Position numbers and translations under genes: made by a program. 64,000 bases of DNA from Mytilus californianus (taxonomy: Eukaryota): NCBI RefSeq assembly GCF_021869535.1, contig NW_026262712.1:94488001-94552000 (forward strand), in the 5' to 3' direction. Positions 47,447-62,196 of the stretch are shown in pieces. Each line of letters starts with the position of its first letter. Within the stretch, counting starts at the first letter, position 1. The notes under the pieces are model-generated. The model was not told where the DNA came from. It saw only the letters and a list, made by a program, of their open reading frames with translations, and ran no database searches.

Positions 47447-49650
47447 CTTTCAGAATGTAAAAATAATTTCCATAAATTTATGATAAAACACTAAAATGTT
47501 TTATTAATCGGATTACATCTTCTTGAATGTTCGATATCGACTTGAAATGACAACACTTGTTATTTGTTTTCATGCTGAAACGACTTTCAAATTGTAAATG
47601 CATCCAATTAAGTAACATTCAGGAACGTCCTTCCTTCTCCGCTTAAATCACTATACAAACATCTGTTGATAGTATCAATGTTGTGTAATCAATTAGTCAC
47701 TAATCATATTAATAATATCAATACACCTTTTATTTGATATTGTATCATTGCATTTCTAATGCATGTCAAATAAAGCATAAAGAACTAATATATTGAACAG
47801 TCTTAATGTATAGAAAAACTTCAAAATTAATAGATAAATTTGTTTTTGTAGAGGCATTGTCCTCATCTAATGATAACTATAAAAACCATTTTCTACATTT
47901 TTCTAAATATATAATATCAATGAATGGTTTTCTCTCGATATACATTACTTCCCTTACGTTTTATTTTTCTTGACACGTGAAGCTTACTTGATACTGAATA
48001 TGACTGCGAGTCTTATGTTATAAAAAGAGGACAGTTTTTCTAGAACATTAAATGCAAAATCATAATTAATTTGATTATTTCACATAATCAATTTGCAAAT
48101 AATGAATAAATAAATAAATAATTATATAATGATACCTAATAAGCAAGAATTATTTTACCCTTACATAACAAAACTTTCGCTTCTGTATCATTAATTCATA
48201 ATTAGTATCGAATTGTGTAAATGATGTATTAGTTCGTTACTAAATATGAATTGATTATAAAGCGATAAGCAAATTGTGCTGTATCATGAAATTAATATGA
48301 TATAAAATCCACCTTTTACCTTTGTTGTGAATTCTTTTTTTCTTTTTAAATATTGTGTACTGTATATTGATTATTGTAAATTCGATATATGCAAGGGTCA
48401 TCAGTGTACTGCTAAGTTGAAAATGAATAACTAGAAGATACAGAAGTGAAAATAAACATTATGACAAAAACCAATCATTTAAAAAATTTTAAAAACAACT
48501 TACATGTTGTAAAATCCAAGAAACAGCATTTGAAAGTTGAAAATATTTTGACCAAATATTATCTCTATCAATTGGCGTTCGAATGCTAAAACATGGGTTC
48601 TTTAGTTTTTAACTATAAATAATATTGTGACATTTTTCTGTGAATTAACATGGCGGGTGTTGCATTCGTAGCAGGAAACTCACCTGATCTCGATTCTCAG
48701 TTTGGAGTTCATGCGATTCCCTCAGATTGTGTTTGTAACCTTGATTTGTCTTTTCCTACCGATTTTCGAGATTTAAAAATCGTTGAACTACTGTCGCCTT
48801 AATCTATATGTTCATATTATGGAAGTAACTTTGTTTTCCCTTGCTTATCTGATGAAAAAGTAACTCATAAAGAATTTATATCATGACTTAAAACTTTATT
48901 TGCTTAGTGAATAATCCTGGTGTACTTAATATTCTAAAATAGTTCAATCTATGGTGTAAGGGAGGTAACTGTTGATTTACATTTCATATAAAAAGGATAG
49001 GTTTCATAAAAAAAAATGGCATGGGAACACACGAAATGAAAAAATTTAAGATTCTTTCAACTTTTTAGCAACATTTTTCTGACCAATTAAGCTATGTTTA
49101 TGCAATTTACTGTCTATGTTCAAAGTTGGAGATATTGTTTTAATGTCTCAAGTAAAAGTATGCTAACTTCTTTTGCCCATCAACAGTAAACAAAAACATT
49201 TCTAAAATAGTTATTTCCCCTTTGCTGCCAAGTAATTACTGTAAAAGCTACATCTGGTGCAGTAAAATTGGTACCGTAAATGTTATTATTACCACTTGGT
49301 TCATAGCTCTGTCTGTATCCTGATGGCCTGGCCATCAGCCAATATTTGGGTACTGGCATAGAAAACGCACACTGTTTTATCAAAGTTTGCTGTTATAAAA
49401 TTTAGGAAATCATTTTGAAATAAGAAATCTCTCTTCATAATGCAAAACTTTTGATTCCTAGTCTGGGTATGGCTTTCAGTTGGTCCTTTTTTGTTTCGTC
49501 ATCTGTTCAGGTTTGTATCAGGATTTGGATTATCTAAATTTTGGCCTCGTTCATCATTGAATAGATTTAATTGTTGAAAAGCACATCATTGCAGTAAAAT
49601 TGTCACGTTAATGTTATTTAAGAAAAGCCTTGCGGTGAGTTATTGGCATA

Positions 49651-49860
49651 CTCTGGATTCATTTATTTTCATGGTAAAAAAATTTTCGCGGATTGAGGAA
49701 AAATCGTTTTTCGTAGACGATTAATTTCGTGTTTTTTTCAAGAACTTGCATGCGAACCTATAAAAGATGTGAAACTTCGTTGAAATTCAAATTCATGGTT
49801 CACCTTTACCCAGGAAATCCACAAAAATTGGTATCTCACAAATAAAAAATGAATCCACAG
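49651..49860. mobile_element. Tc1/mariner-type MITE, 210 bp
   Basis: TA on both sides; TIR CT(C/G)TGGATTCATTT. Confidence 0.75.
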
Positions 49861-50643
49861 TATTTGATCAAATGCTCCGCTAGGCGCAGCTTGATAAGAC
49901 CGCAAAGGTCGAACCCTGGACAGGCAAGTAGGGACACTACATTCAAGCTTGATACAGCTCTGACTTTGGATTGTGATTTGATATCTAACACAGCATAGGT
50001 TTCTGACACAGAATGAATGTAGTCAAAGAACTAAAAAAAATTTTAAATTGGACTTTACCTATCATGGTCCAATATCCAAAATATAAATGCACGGTTAGAT
50101 TCAGTATATCCAAGTACACCAAGAATTCAATTTATCTATTTATTAATGGACAATATTAGCTAAGTTTTAAGAGGGGTTTGCTTCATAAAAAAGATATGTA
50201 TATATATCATTCTGAAAATAAGTTCAAACAGAATAACAAACAAACCTACCAGGAAGTTTACAAAAAAGAATGAAAAAAAAACCAATTTCAAAATATCATT
50301 CATCATTAGTACAATGAACTAAAATGTGAAATTGGATATTAACCTTTTATGGTCCAATATCAAAAATCTAAATACATGGTTAGATTCAGCATATCAAAGA
50401 ACCCCTTGAATTCAATTTTTGGTGAAATCAAATAAAGTTTAATGTATGACCCTGTGGACCTCAAGGTGGACCAATGTGATAATGGGGCCCAAAATCCAAA
50501 ATCTAAATACGCCGTTAGATTCAGCGTATAAAGAAACCATAAATTAAATTTTTGTTAAAAAAAAAATATGTATATATATATATCATTCTGAAAATTAATT
50601 TAAACAGAATAACAAACAAACCTTCCAGGAAGAATAACAAACA

Positions 50644-51796
50644 AATCTACCGTCATTATACTGGATACCAAAACTTCACAAAACTTCGTATTAAGAACGA
50701 TACATAGCTGGGTCATCAAGATGTTCGACTAAACATCTTTCTGAAGTGTTGACTACTATTCTTTCTACAGTAAAAGATAGCCTTCAAAAATATTGTGATG
50801 AGATATATTCAACCAGTGGTGTCAATCAGATGTGAATTCTCAAAAATTCTAAAGATCTACTTCTAATCTCAAATCACAATCTCTGCAATTTTGCAGCAAC
50901 ATTAAGACCTTTGATTTTTCTACGCTTTACACTACTATTCCTCATGCTCACTTGAAAGATCGACTTCACCAACTCATTAAACAGAGCTTTTTCTATAAAA
51001 ATGGAAATCCTAGATATAAATTTCTTGTTTTGGGTCATAATAATTCTTATTTTGTGAAGAACCACACTGATTCTATCAGAAAATACAGTGAAGATGGTAT
51101 TATCAAAATGCTGGAATTTTTAATCGACAATAGATTTGTTGAGTTTGGAGGATTGATATTTCAACAGCAGTCGGTATTCGAATGGGTACTAATTGTGCAT
51201 CCCTTCTGGCTGACTTGTTTTTGTACTCGTATGAAGCAGAATTCATTCAGAACCTTCTAAACGACAAAAAGAAAAAGCACCTTGCAAATTACTTTAATTT
51301 TACTTTCAGATATATTGATGATTTCCTATCACTAAATAACCCATATTTCAGTCAGTACTTGCATCTCATATATCCCAGTGAACTTGAAATTAAGGATACT
51401 AATGATACAAGAAGGACTGCTTCATACCTTGATCTTTTCCTCAATATTTACACAGATGGACGACTTCACACTAAAGTCTATGACAAACGGGATGATTTCA
51501 ACTTCCCAATTATCATTTTCCCATTTCTCAGCAGTAACATACCCTCTGCTGCGTCGTATGGTGTTTACATATCTCAATTGATACGTTATGCTCGTAAATA
51601 TTCACACTATACTGACTTCATATACAGGAGTGTGCTCCTTACGCAGAAACTGCTCCAACAGAGTTATGATCAGGAAAGATTAAAGATTACACTCCGTAAA
51701 TTTTATGGACACCATCACGAATTGGTTGATCTATACGATGTGTCTGTGTCTAAACTTACTAATGACATTTTTACCACGTCTAAGATTGTGGTTTAA
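50644..51796 (+). mobile_element. 5'-truncated Naiad-type Penelope RT with frameshifts and stops
   Basis: LPSLYWIPKLHK..IAGSSRCSTK..IKTFDFSTLYTTIPH..MGTNCASLLADLFLY..FRYIDD..YDKRDDFNFP..YGVYISQLIRY; ORF ends after the thumb with no C-terminal GIY-YIG. Confidence 0.9.
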
Positions 51797-51838
51797 CATC
51801 TATGTTGTCTGTCTGCTAAGTACCGAACGTGACCTATT

Positions 51839-52400
51839 CCCGAATATGACTGTTATACCGAGTGTGAATTTGCATTGCCATACGAAGTGTCTCGGTATTT
51901 TGTACATCCAACATTCATGTATTTATTTTTGATGTTTCTGTTATGGTTTCGGCTGAAAAATGTGTTATGTCTTATCGTTTGTTATCCAAATAATTATAAA
52001 ACTGCCTTTCAATACCATCATTGTCATATTCCCGAATATGACTGTTATACCGACTGTAAATTTGCATTGCTATACGACGTGTCCCGGTATTTTTTACATC
52101 CAACATTCATGTATTTATTTTTGATGTTTCTGTTATGGTTTCGGTTGAAAAATGTGTTATGTCTTATCGTTTGTTATCCAAATAATTATAAAAACTGCCT
52201 TTCAATACCATCATTGTCATATTCCCGAATATGACTGTTATACCGACTGTAAATTTGCATTGCTATACGACGTGTCCCGGTATATTTTCTACATCCAACA
52301 TTCATGTATTTATTTTTGATGTTTCTGTTATGGTTTCGGTTGGATAGATTGGTTTGTAGTCCAAATAATTATAAAATTGCCTTTCAATACCATCATTGTT
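51839..52400 (+). repeat. Three ~192-bp tandem repeats at the PLE 3' end
   Basis: CCCGAATATGACTGTTATACCG at 51839, 52031 and 52224. Confidence 0.9.
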
Positions 52401-54968
52401 ATGAAAATTGTTTGGACGAGTTTTGTGAAAATAATTTTATAAAGTTCGAGATTGCATGTTAGTTACGTAAGCGCGTCACTGTTTTCGATATCTTTTGGTG
52501 TCTGTCGTTGATGGAATATGTTCGTTGTTGTTCTGCAGTTTGCATGTTGTGTGGGTATAATATTATTTGCTTGTGCGTTTCTCTGTGATGAATGTTTTTA
52601 CGTGTGTTTGTGCTGTATTTCTGTCACGTAATGTTGTCATTTTAGCGATCTTTTTTGAAATTGTCATAAATAAACTCATCATTTAGCGGGAGGTTTGGCT
52701 AGCCATTAAACCAGTTTCAACCCAACATGTTTTCTTAAAATGTCCTGCACCAAGTCAGGAATATGGCAGTTGTTATCAAATAGTTCGTTTCTATGTATGT
52801 TGGCGTTTGTTTTTGTTGCACTTCAGTGTTCTTGTTGTTCCTTTGTTTTCCTCTTATAGTTGATGTGTTTCCCTCGGTTTTAGTTTGTAACCCGGATTTT
52901 TTTCTCTCAATCGATTTACGACTTTTGAACACCGGTATACTACTGTTGCCTTTATTCAAATCAATCAAGTTTAATTTTGGACCCCGATTTTGACCAACTT
53001 GAAAACTGCGCCAAAAATTAAAAAAATTATACATGTTTAGATTCAGCATATCAAAAAAACCCTTAAATTCAATTTTTGTTGAAATCAAACAAAGTTTACT
53101 TTTGGATCCTTTGGATCTCAATGTGGACCAATTCAAAAACGGGACCCAAAATCCAAAATCTAAATACACGGTTAGATTCAGCATATAAAAGAACCCCAAG
53201 AATTCAAGACTTGGAATTAAACCCCATTGAAATTGGTCAAGAATAAACAATTTATACAAAGCATTAGAAAAGTACTATTTTTGGCCCCTTTTTCCTAAAT
53301 GGTTAGGACCATAACCCCCAAAATCAATCCCAACCTTCGGTTTATGGCATGGAACCTTGTGGTACAATTTCATTGAGATCCACAGACTTATACTCAAGTT
53401 ATTGTTATAGTTTTTGGTCCCTTTTTTACCTCTAATTCCTAAACAGTTTGGGCCATAACCCCCAAAGTCAATACCAACTTTCCCTTTGAAGTATGTAACC
53501 TTGTGATACAATTTCACAGAGATCCATACACTTACACACAAGTTATTGTCCCAAAACAAGAAAAATGCTTGTTTTTGGCCCTTTTTTGGCCCTTCATTCC
53601 TACACAGGACAATAACCCCCAAAATAAATCTGATACTCAAGTTATTGTCTGGAACTAAATGTCTTCGGACCACTACGACGACGACGCTGACAACGTCATA
53701 ATCATTATACTACCGCAAAAATTTTGCAGTCGTATAAACAAAGTGTGAGAAATTCACATGGTTATCAATGAACAGTTTGTACTAAATTTAAATCAACTTC
53801 TTTCACAAGCATAAGATAGAGAGAGAATACTATCATAATATATAAGCCTTTGTTTTGCATGATTATTTCAAATCATAAATTATAATATGCTATAAGTTTA
53901 CAGGAACTATACATGCAGATGTATTTTTCTAAATTGAGGGCAATAAGACTCCACTTATTTTCATTTATAGGCAAACTTCATGTGAAAAGTTGGTTGTAGA
54001 TGATTAACATGGTGTTTATACTTTCTTCAAGTAATTCAAACTTCGAGATAATACTAGGGTTTTCAATAATATAAATTAAGAATTTGGCAGCATCTTAGAA
54101 TCTGGAGTGCTCCTAATTAAGCACTATTTGCTGTTTAAAAATAGATAACAAAGTATAAAGAAATGTGGCATATTTTATTTATCATTCCATTAAAACTCTT
54201 CAACAGTAGAAAACACTCAAATTTCTTGACTAAAATCTATAAACTAAGCACCAAAATTTACAGTTTTTTTTAAGTAGAAAGTGTAAAAATTATTTCAGAT
54301 CATTTAAGACATTCCTTGGAATGTAACAAGATTTGTATTATCTAATACCTATGGTAAAACAAACTAAATGTACAACTATCTCTTTATAATATCAAGATAC
54401 ACAACCATCAGAAATAAAGTATTAAGAAATAATACAAGTTAGATGACATAGTGGCATTATCCTGTGCAAAGTACTTTTGAAGAAGGTTTTTTTTTTAACA
54501 AACACTTAAAGACCTAATGTTTCCAAAATAATCCATCAAGAGTATTTCCCTCCATTAATTATCATATATCTATCTTCCAAACTCCATTATATGTAGGGAC
54601 AGGAAACTTTCACCACTTTCTTGTGAACTATCTTTATATAGAACAATTAACTGGGTATATAAAATAATTCATCATAGATATATATATTTCTCTAATTCTT
54701 TGGCAATTTAACCCTTTCCAGACCCATCATATAAATTTTTTTTTAAATTTATCAACATGTGGTTGCCGATGATCTCAGAACATGATTGGATGAGTTTAAG
54801 GGTCATAACCTTTATCAGCTCTCTGGATGAATAAAATTTGTGCTAACAGGTGTTAATGAAATTGACAACTTTGTGGAATGTGGAAGGCACTCGAAGGGGA
54901 TTTTCCTTTATCAAAAACGAAAATCTATTTGATAATCATTAAAGAAACAGATTCTTACATAGTAACTC

Positions 54969-55081
54969 ATGGATTATCGGATTTATCTAATCTCGATAGA
55001 TAAATTATCAATTTTAAAGCTAGGCGAGGACTTTAAAATTTGATTATTTAACTATCTCAATTGGATAAATCCGATAATCCA
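54969..55081. repeat. Foldback palindrome, ~113 bp
   Basis: TGGATTATCGGATTTATCTAAT pairs with ATTGGATAAATCCGATAATCCA. Confidence 0.75.
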
Positions 55082-57750
55082 CTGGTACCAATGTAAGCAT
55101 CTATATATATATATATCATTTGTTGAATCATACTTTTACCAAAGAAATCTGTATCTCTAAATTGCTAAATAATAAACCATGACATGGACATTTTGGACAA
55201 AAGCTGTAAATTGTTCTACCAATTTGTTTGTTCGTTGCTGTTTTTTACCAGAACAATAATTACTTACTCCTTTATCATATAATGTACCATTTAATAGATA
55301 TAATCCGCTTTTATGCAATATATAAGGTTTTGAGAAAAGATGCATGTATTTGGACAACAGGTTAATGTATGTGCAAGTTAGAGTCGGTAAATCTCTGTAT
55401 AACAAAATATGTCTGGAACTAGTTGCTAGGAGTTTTTTTTTGCTTTGATCAACATTGTTACAAGCATCAATAGAGCTGTTCAACATACATCGGATGAGTA
55501 TTAAATACAGATATTTTCTGGAATTGACTGACTCAAAACAAACTATAACTAATAACAAAATTAGCCAATAACAATCTTCACTTTCTGTACATCATCCTTA
55601 TCACAAAAAGACTTCAAAAATTCTTATTCCTCAATTTATGTAGAATATAGAGCAAGCTAATCCTTACATAAAGAACAAAACAATACTTAACATGTACTAT
55701 TTTATTTATGCAAAACTCTTTATACTAAGAGAAGCATTTTCTAGATATCTTGTATAATTTTCCAAATATAAATGACTTTGTGTACATATTAATACATATG
55801 ACATTTATTTGTTATGATCTGGTGCATCATAAACAATGCTTAAATTATCATGAACCATTAAAAAAGTATACAAAAATATGAAAACATATGAAATTTCATG
55901 AGTATTCTTAATAAATTTGTAACTTTACTGGTTTGTGACAATTTAATTGATAAACTCTATTTAATAATGGTAAAAAATGTATAATATATATTTGAAAATA
56001 AATCAACTTTATTCTCTAAAAGTTCACTTAGAAGTAGGTTTTATAGAAGCAAAAAATTTAACAACTGAATCTACCCTAACACAAATACTAAGTGGGCAAT
56101 AAAAATCATAAATTGAATAAAACCAGACAACTCCATGGCAAAAAAACAAAATTATGTAAAGTTTTTAGTCAATTTAATCTTTAATTTCTCGCTACACACA
56201 CACAGTCAGTGTACCCTAAGGGCAATTGTAGTTTACTTATCTCTATGGCACATTTTGATGGCTTTCTATATCTCATAAGTATAAGTATAGGATACTGCAA
56301 CTCCTCTTTAATGATCACCACTTAGTCGACACAGAGTTGTCAAAATCATATAAACTAGCTACATTATATCTATACAGATACCAGTTATCTTTTATTTAAT
56401 AATGAACTAACCAGCTGACTTGTATTTGTAAAGAAAACTATAATTCTAAAATGATTAAATTGTTTATGCAGGCAATATGTTATTTTGTATGTTAAATATT
56501 CGGGGGGAAAAGTGCTTCTGCATCTTAACACTGGCAAGATTTCATTCTAATTAACATAAAAATGTAGGATTAAATATGGAATGATCAATTTTTCGAATAG
56601 TATATTTTTCTTATGTGGCTAAATGCAATGCATATATATGAAATAACTATTTATAATTACCACCTTATGTAAAATTATAGAAATATAATCAATTAAACTG
56701 AAAAACATGAAAAGAAATAAAAATAAATGAAACCAATAAAACATTAAAAATAGCAAAAAGAAAAACGTTAATAACCCGGTACTATATCAAAAAACCGTAC
56801 TAACCTAAAAAAAAATCAATTCCACATATATTCAAATATTTTCTGTATTCCTGAATACACTAGAACACTTGGTCTGTATTTTTTGCAAGCAAAATACACA
56901 TGGTAACAAATTCATTTTTAAAATAAACAAATTTGATCTGCTGAAAATATACAATAATCCTTTATAAATACAAGCCAAATATACTGTATAAATATAAAAA
57001 TATCAATAAAAATGATGATAGAGGAGTCTTTTGTTAATGATCCGACTAGATAACATTACTAATGGATGACAGATGTTTGGAATCATGTGAAGATATTTAG
57101 CAATTGTGAAAGTACCATTCAATGGTTTATGATTAAACAAAATAACTACAATTTCCAAATAAGAAATTCCACTGATAACCGTTTTTTTTATTCTATTGTA
57201 AGTTTTTGACCAGGGTAGAAAGGGGGAAGTGGGTTCACAGTGTATAATTTTGTTTTCCATATCATGTTTATTTCCAGAAGCATGGGAGACAAGATGGATA
57301 GATATATATATATCTAAGTAATACAATTTTTTTTTTGATAAAGTTTAACTAAAATAAAATTTATTTGCATGATAAGAATTATTAAAATTTTATATATTCA
57401 CTATGGAAAGCAAATAAAACAAAATTAAATGACAAACTGGTACCTACTCTAAGGATTGGTTATTACTTGTATGTTAAATAACAAAGTTTTAATGATCAAA
57501 ATGATACAAAATTATGAACAATCTGTAAATTTATATGAAAAAATATGACTTTCACTCACAACATTTTTTGAAATGAACATATAAAAAATAACACAACCAA
57601 TTGATTTATAGGAATGTTCAATCACAACACATCTTGTAACAAAGACAAAAAAATATCAACCATTGTATAATACTAGATTTCAAATTAATTGTAGTACTTC
57701 ATGATTGTTAAACTTTATTTAGGGTAAGTACAATGCTTAATAAGTTACTG

Positions 57751-58443
57751 ATATTGGTTTCAAAATATTGACCAATCAGATCTCACAACGCTTTAATGGT
57801 TACAGATATTGGTTTCTAAATATTGACCAATCAGATCTCACAACGCTTTAATGGTTACAGATATTGGTTTCAAAATATTGACCAATCAGATCTCACAACG
57901 CTTTATTGAGTACAGATATTGATTTCAAAATATTGACCAATAAGATCTCACTAGGCTTTAATGGTTACCAATATTGGTTTCAAAATATTGACCAATCAGA
58001 TCTCACAACGTTTTAATGGTTACAGATATAGGTTTCAAAATATTGACCAATCAGATCTCACTAGGCTTTATTGGTTACAGATATTGGTTTCAAAATATTG
58101 ACCAATAAGATCTCACAACGCTTTATTGGTTACAGATATTGGTTTCAAAATATTGACCAATAAGATCTCACAACGCTTTAATGGTTACCAATATTTGTTT
58201 CAAAATATTGACCAATCAGATCTCACAACACTTTATTGGTAACAGATATTGGTTTCAAAATATTGACCAATCAGATCTCACAACGCTTTATTGGTTACAG
58301 ATATTGGTTTCAAAATATTGACCAATCAGATCTCACAATGGTTTAATGGTAACCAATATTGGTTTCAAAATATTGACCAATCAGATCTCACAATGGTTTA
58401 ATGGTAACCAATATTGGTTTCAAAATATTGACAAATCAGATCT
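57751..58443. repeat. 55-bp minisatellite, ~12.5 copies, CCAAT-rich
   Basis: Unit ATATTGGTTTCAAAATATTGACCAATCAGATCTCACAACGCTTTAATGGTTACAG. Confidence 0.95.
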
Positions 58444-60926
58444 TTAAATAGATAATAGAACATTTTGAACCTTAAATAGGTGAAATATAACAGAATATTC
58501 TCAGATAAGTAAATTTGTGTTAGATAGTGGTTTAATTTTTATCTGCAAAAGGTATGTATTATATATGAAATTAATCATACAATTTACAGTTACAGTTTTG
58601 AGTAAGAGTAAACAAAAGGTAATGATCATTTTTTCATTCATATAGATATTCTCCCTGTTTCAGTCAAACTAAATAAATTCTTCATAAATGAAAATCCAAT
58701 CCAAAAATACTTGATTATGCTACTTCCTATATTGTAGTGGGTAACAGAACTTTACCTTTAATTCTTCACTATTTAAAAGAAAGAAATATAAAATAGATTG
58801 GTAAATCTTCACAGAAATATAAAATATATGTCAAACCTAAAGATACTGAAAATAATACAGCACTTAAATGAAAATCTCACAATCATGAACGAACACATCT
58901 AAGTTTATTGAAAAAAACATCAGTAATTATATTGGGTCTAATGACTTTTGGAAACTGAACAAAAAAACAAAAAAAAATTGTTCTTCAATTTGTAACAAAC
59001 ATATTCTTACAAAAAGTAATTTATTGTTAAATGGCTTCAGCTATAAATTTCACAAAAAGTAATAAACTGGAAATCTGGAGTAATATAACAATGTAATATA
59101 TCACATTATTTCTTTTCTTACTGAAATAATAAATAGGTCTGTTATCAAAAAGATGAGTTAATAACACATCAAAAGTGTGCAGAAAACTATAAAATGTGAA
59201 TCTGCAGAGCAATTTTTAAAACTTCTATCACAAATTTTGTTCATTTTTATCCTTAAATAGTTCAAATTATTTTAAAGAATAAAACATTTGATGAAGGGTT
59301 TTTGAATGAAAGGTTTTGTTTCAATTGAGTGTTTCACCAATAAAAATAATTAACAGTCCAAATATACACATTTTGATTTGCATAAATAATGTTTAACAGA
59401 CAACTGAATAATAACAAATAAAATCACAGATCTATTTCATGTAATATCATGTAATAAAATGTGGACACAGAAAAATGTCTCACATTATGCTAATGCCATG
59501 ACAGACCAAATGTCATTGACCTGAATACAACCAGATCTTCTTAAACTGGTCTGATCATAGGAAGCAGGACAACCTATAAACATGTATCATCATACAATCG
59601 TTATAAATGTAAATATTAATAGTTAAGTACATCTACTTTATTTCATAAAATAAAGTTTTCATTGTGGCACATTTGCAATTATCATGATTTGGCCATGGTT
59701 ACTTTCATGACTTTCATCTATTTACTTTTGTATTAGTACAATAAATCTCTTAAAAAATCAATGTTAATCATCATAGATTAACTAACTGAATAGTAGGGTT
59801 TTCTAACTAACACGCCAATACTGAAGGTAATCCATTTTTTTGAGTTTACAGCATGCATGTGTTTTTGTTTTGAATCTTTACATTGTTTCACTTAATAAAA
59901 TAAAGGTATAATGGGAGTATTCTGCAAATAATCATAAATGATTGATCCACATTTTTACTGAAATCAGCAAATTTTTCAAGTTCAATTTAGTTATGGGCTT
60001 TTCAATTTGATTTTATTTGATGGTAACAACTTTGATATAAATACAAAAGTTTTTTGAATGATTAAAAAAAAATTTTTTTTAAATTAGGCAGATAACCTGT
60101 ATTATTTATCATTAGATTATGATAGACAATTATCTAAATTTTTATATTCGTTTTGTAGCAAGATGAATAGAACAGTGACCATACTTTTTTTCTGAATTTT
60201 AGGAGCATTTTTGAAGAGCTATATTCTCACATCTATATCACAAAATTATATCATTTAGTTTCCTTTCTATTCACATTGTAGTGTTTTTTTTTTTGTGTAA
60301 AATACTTACAAAATATGAGAATTGTAGCTTGTATGCGAACTCAGTGATCTTTTCCAATCATTGTATTTTTTTGTAATATACCATTAAATTAACTACAATT
60401 TGGTAGTCTTCAAAATTAAATCATTGTTTATTTTCACTCCCAGACATTCCATATAAAAAATGGAGCACAGGCTAGAAAGTTTACTAACGAATGCATGGTT
60501 TTTGCTGAAAGTTGCACCAAATCAAACTCAGCTGAGACAGAATATATCCTCATTCATGACACTTGGTTAACTGATTACAATTTTTACATTGAACAATAAA
60601 CAATGATAGTTATTACCATCCATACGATAAGTCAGGCCAAACTCTTTACCATCTTACAACAAAAATTAGATGTGAGTGTAAGAATATTATTAAAACTGCT
60701 AATACAATGGTCTATATAATAGGTAACTATTGAACAAGCAGATAACTTAAAGGTCTAAGGAATTTTTAGGCCCTAGCAAATCTGTAAACCTATTACATAT
60801 TTATTCTATTGGACAACAAACTTGTGATCAATGAATTGAATAGAAAAACTTGTCTAAATACAGCTGTGCACCAATGCCCTCTGTTACTTGTATTATAAAA
60901 CAATACAACTATAGATTTTAAATTAT

Positions 60927-61037
60927 TGACATATACACATGGGTTCTGTATAAATCTAATGTGTTAACACATACACATGGGTTCTGTATAAATCTAATGT
61001 GTTGACATATACACATGGGTTCTGTATAAATCTAATG
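60927..61037. repeat. 38-bp tandem repeat, ~3 copies
   Basis: TTGACATATACACATGGGTTCTGTATAAATCTAATGTG. Confidence 0.9.
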
Positions 61038-61093
61038 ATAAAAATCCATGAAAAATGTTTTTGCCAGGTTACATCTTAGAAGAGGCTCTCAAC

Positions 61094-61243
61094 TTATTTA
61101 AATCTGGTTCCATTTTGCAGTATCCTGGGTGTAGCCTCCATTACCCTGACTAACAAACTATCTATATAACCCTCCAAGTCTTTAACATACTGGTCCTTCC
61201 TAATTAACTGGGCTTTGTGTTGTATTACTATTCTAATCAACTC
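61094..61243 (-). CDS. RAB11FIP: Terminal coding exon of a Rab11 family-interacting protein (class I FIP; Rab11-binding domain)
   Basis: TTCTTCAG|GAG acceptor; ELIRIVIQHKAQLIRKDQYVKDLEGYIDSLLVRVMEATPRILQNGTRFK* matches the FIP-RBD consensus LEDYIDNLLVRVMEETP. Confidence 0.9.
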   Translation of the reverse strand, partial: ELIRIVIQHKAQLIRKDQYVKDLEGYIDSLLVRVMEATPRILQNGTRFK

Positions 61244-61308
61244 CTGAAGAACAACAAAGAAATCTAAATTTACTTATAGATGTCTTTTTTTGTTTTATTG
61301 CTGTCTAG

Positions 61309-61790
61309 TTTAGTTGCTATCTCACTGATATTTCCTATGATTGACACTAATATAGGGGAGACAATAGTTTAGTTGCTATCTCACTGATATTTCCTATGAT
61401 TGACACTAATGTAGGGGAGACAATAGTTTAGTTGCTATCTCACTGATATTTCCTATGATTGAAACTAATGTAGGGGAGACAATAGTTTAGTTGCTATCTC
61501 ACTGATATTTCCTATGATTGACACTAATATAGGGGAGACAATAGTTTAGTTGCTATCTCACTGATATTTCCTATGATTGACACTAATATAGGGGAGACAA
61601 TAGTTTAGTTGCTATCTCACTGATATTTCCTATGATTGACACTAATGTAGGGGAGACAATAGTTTAGTTGCTATCTCACTGATATTTCCTATGATTGACA
61701 CTCACTGATATTTCCTATGATTGACACTAATATAGGGGAGACAATCTCACTGATATTTCCTATGATTGACACTAATATAGGGGAGACAAT
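61309..61790. repeat. 59-bp minisatellite, ~8 copies, intronic
   Basis: Unit TTTAGTTGCTATCTCACTGATATTTCCTATGATTGACACTAATATAGGGGAGACAATAG; the last two units are internally deleted. Confidence 0.95.
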
Positions 61791-62196
61791 CAATCTGTTA
61801 TTGATTTTCACACAAGTCAACATGTTTAAAACATCATTGATAAACATGATAAATGTATGCAGTTGGTTTAATAGGTAGTGGCTGTCTTTAGTTTTATCTT
61901 ATTAGACACGAGTGGGTTTTTTTTTTTGTTCTTTCGAAAATATGGTCTTGATAGCCAATCTTTAGTAGTATCTGTTAAATTCATTCACATCTTGTCTGTA
62001 CTTTAGAGTTTGACATATGTTATAGACATATGTCTATTGTTGAAGATAGTACTTTGACCACTAGAAGTCTTTTGTTTCTTTACATATATCCATATCTCCT
62101 TTTATTGATAATTGTGAAATTGCATTTTTTATGCTTACTTTTTGTTTAGATCTAGTTAAGTCTGAATTCAAATTTTTTCCCATAAAATTGAGTATA

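Larger units (their letters stand above)
49863..53742 (+). mobile_element. Helentron-associated non-autonomous element (HINE-like) split by nested insertions
   Basis: 5' subterminal GATAAGACCGC vs 3' GCAGTCGTATA; core repeats AAAATCTAAATAC..GTTAGATTCAGC on both sides of the nest; (ACG)n microsatellite and 3' hairpin at 53706-53736. Confidence 0.65.

Noticed and set aside
57770-57790. Resemblance of the minisatellite (TGAGATC, ATTTTGAAA on the minus strand) to bantam miRNA
   Set aside because: Short non-contiguous matches, no precursor hairpin in the right register; the seed-complementary site is on the non-mRNA strand.
57751-61790. 55-bp and 59-bp arrays as CRISPR arrays
   Set aside because: Head-to-tail repeats with no unique spacers, eukaryotic context, no cas genes.
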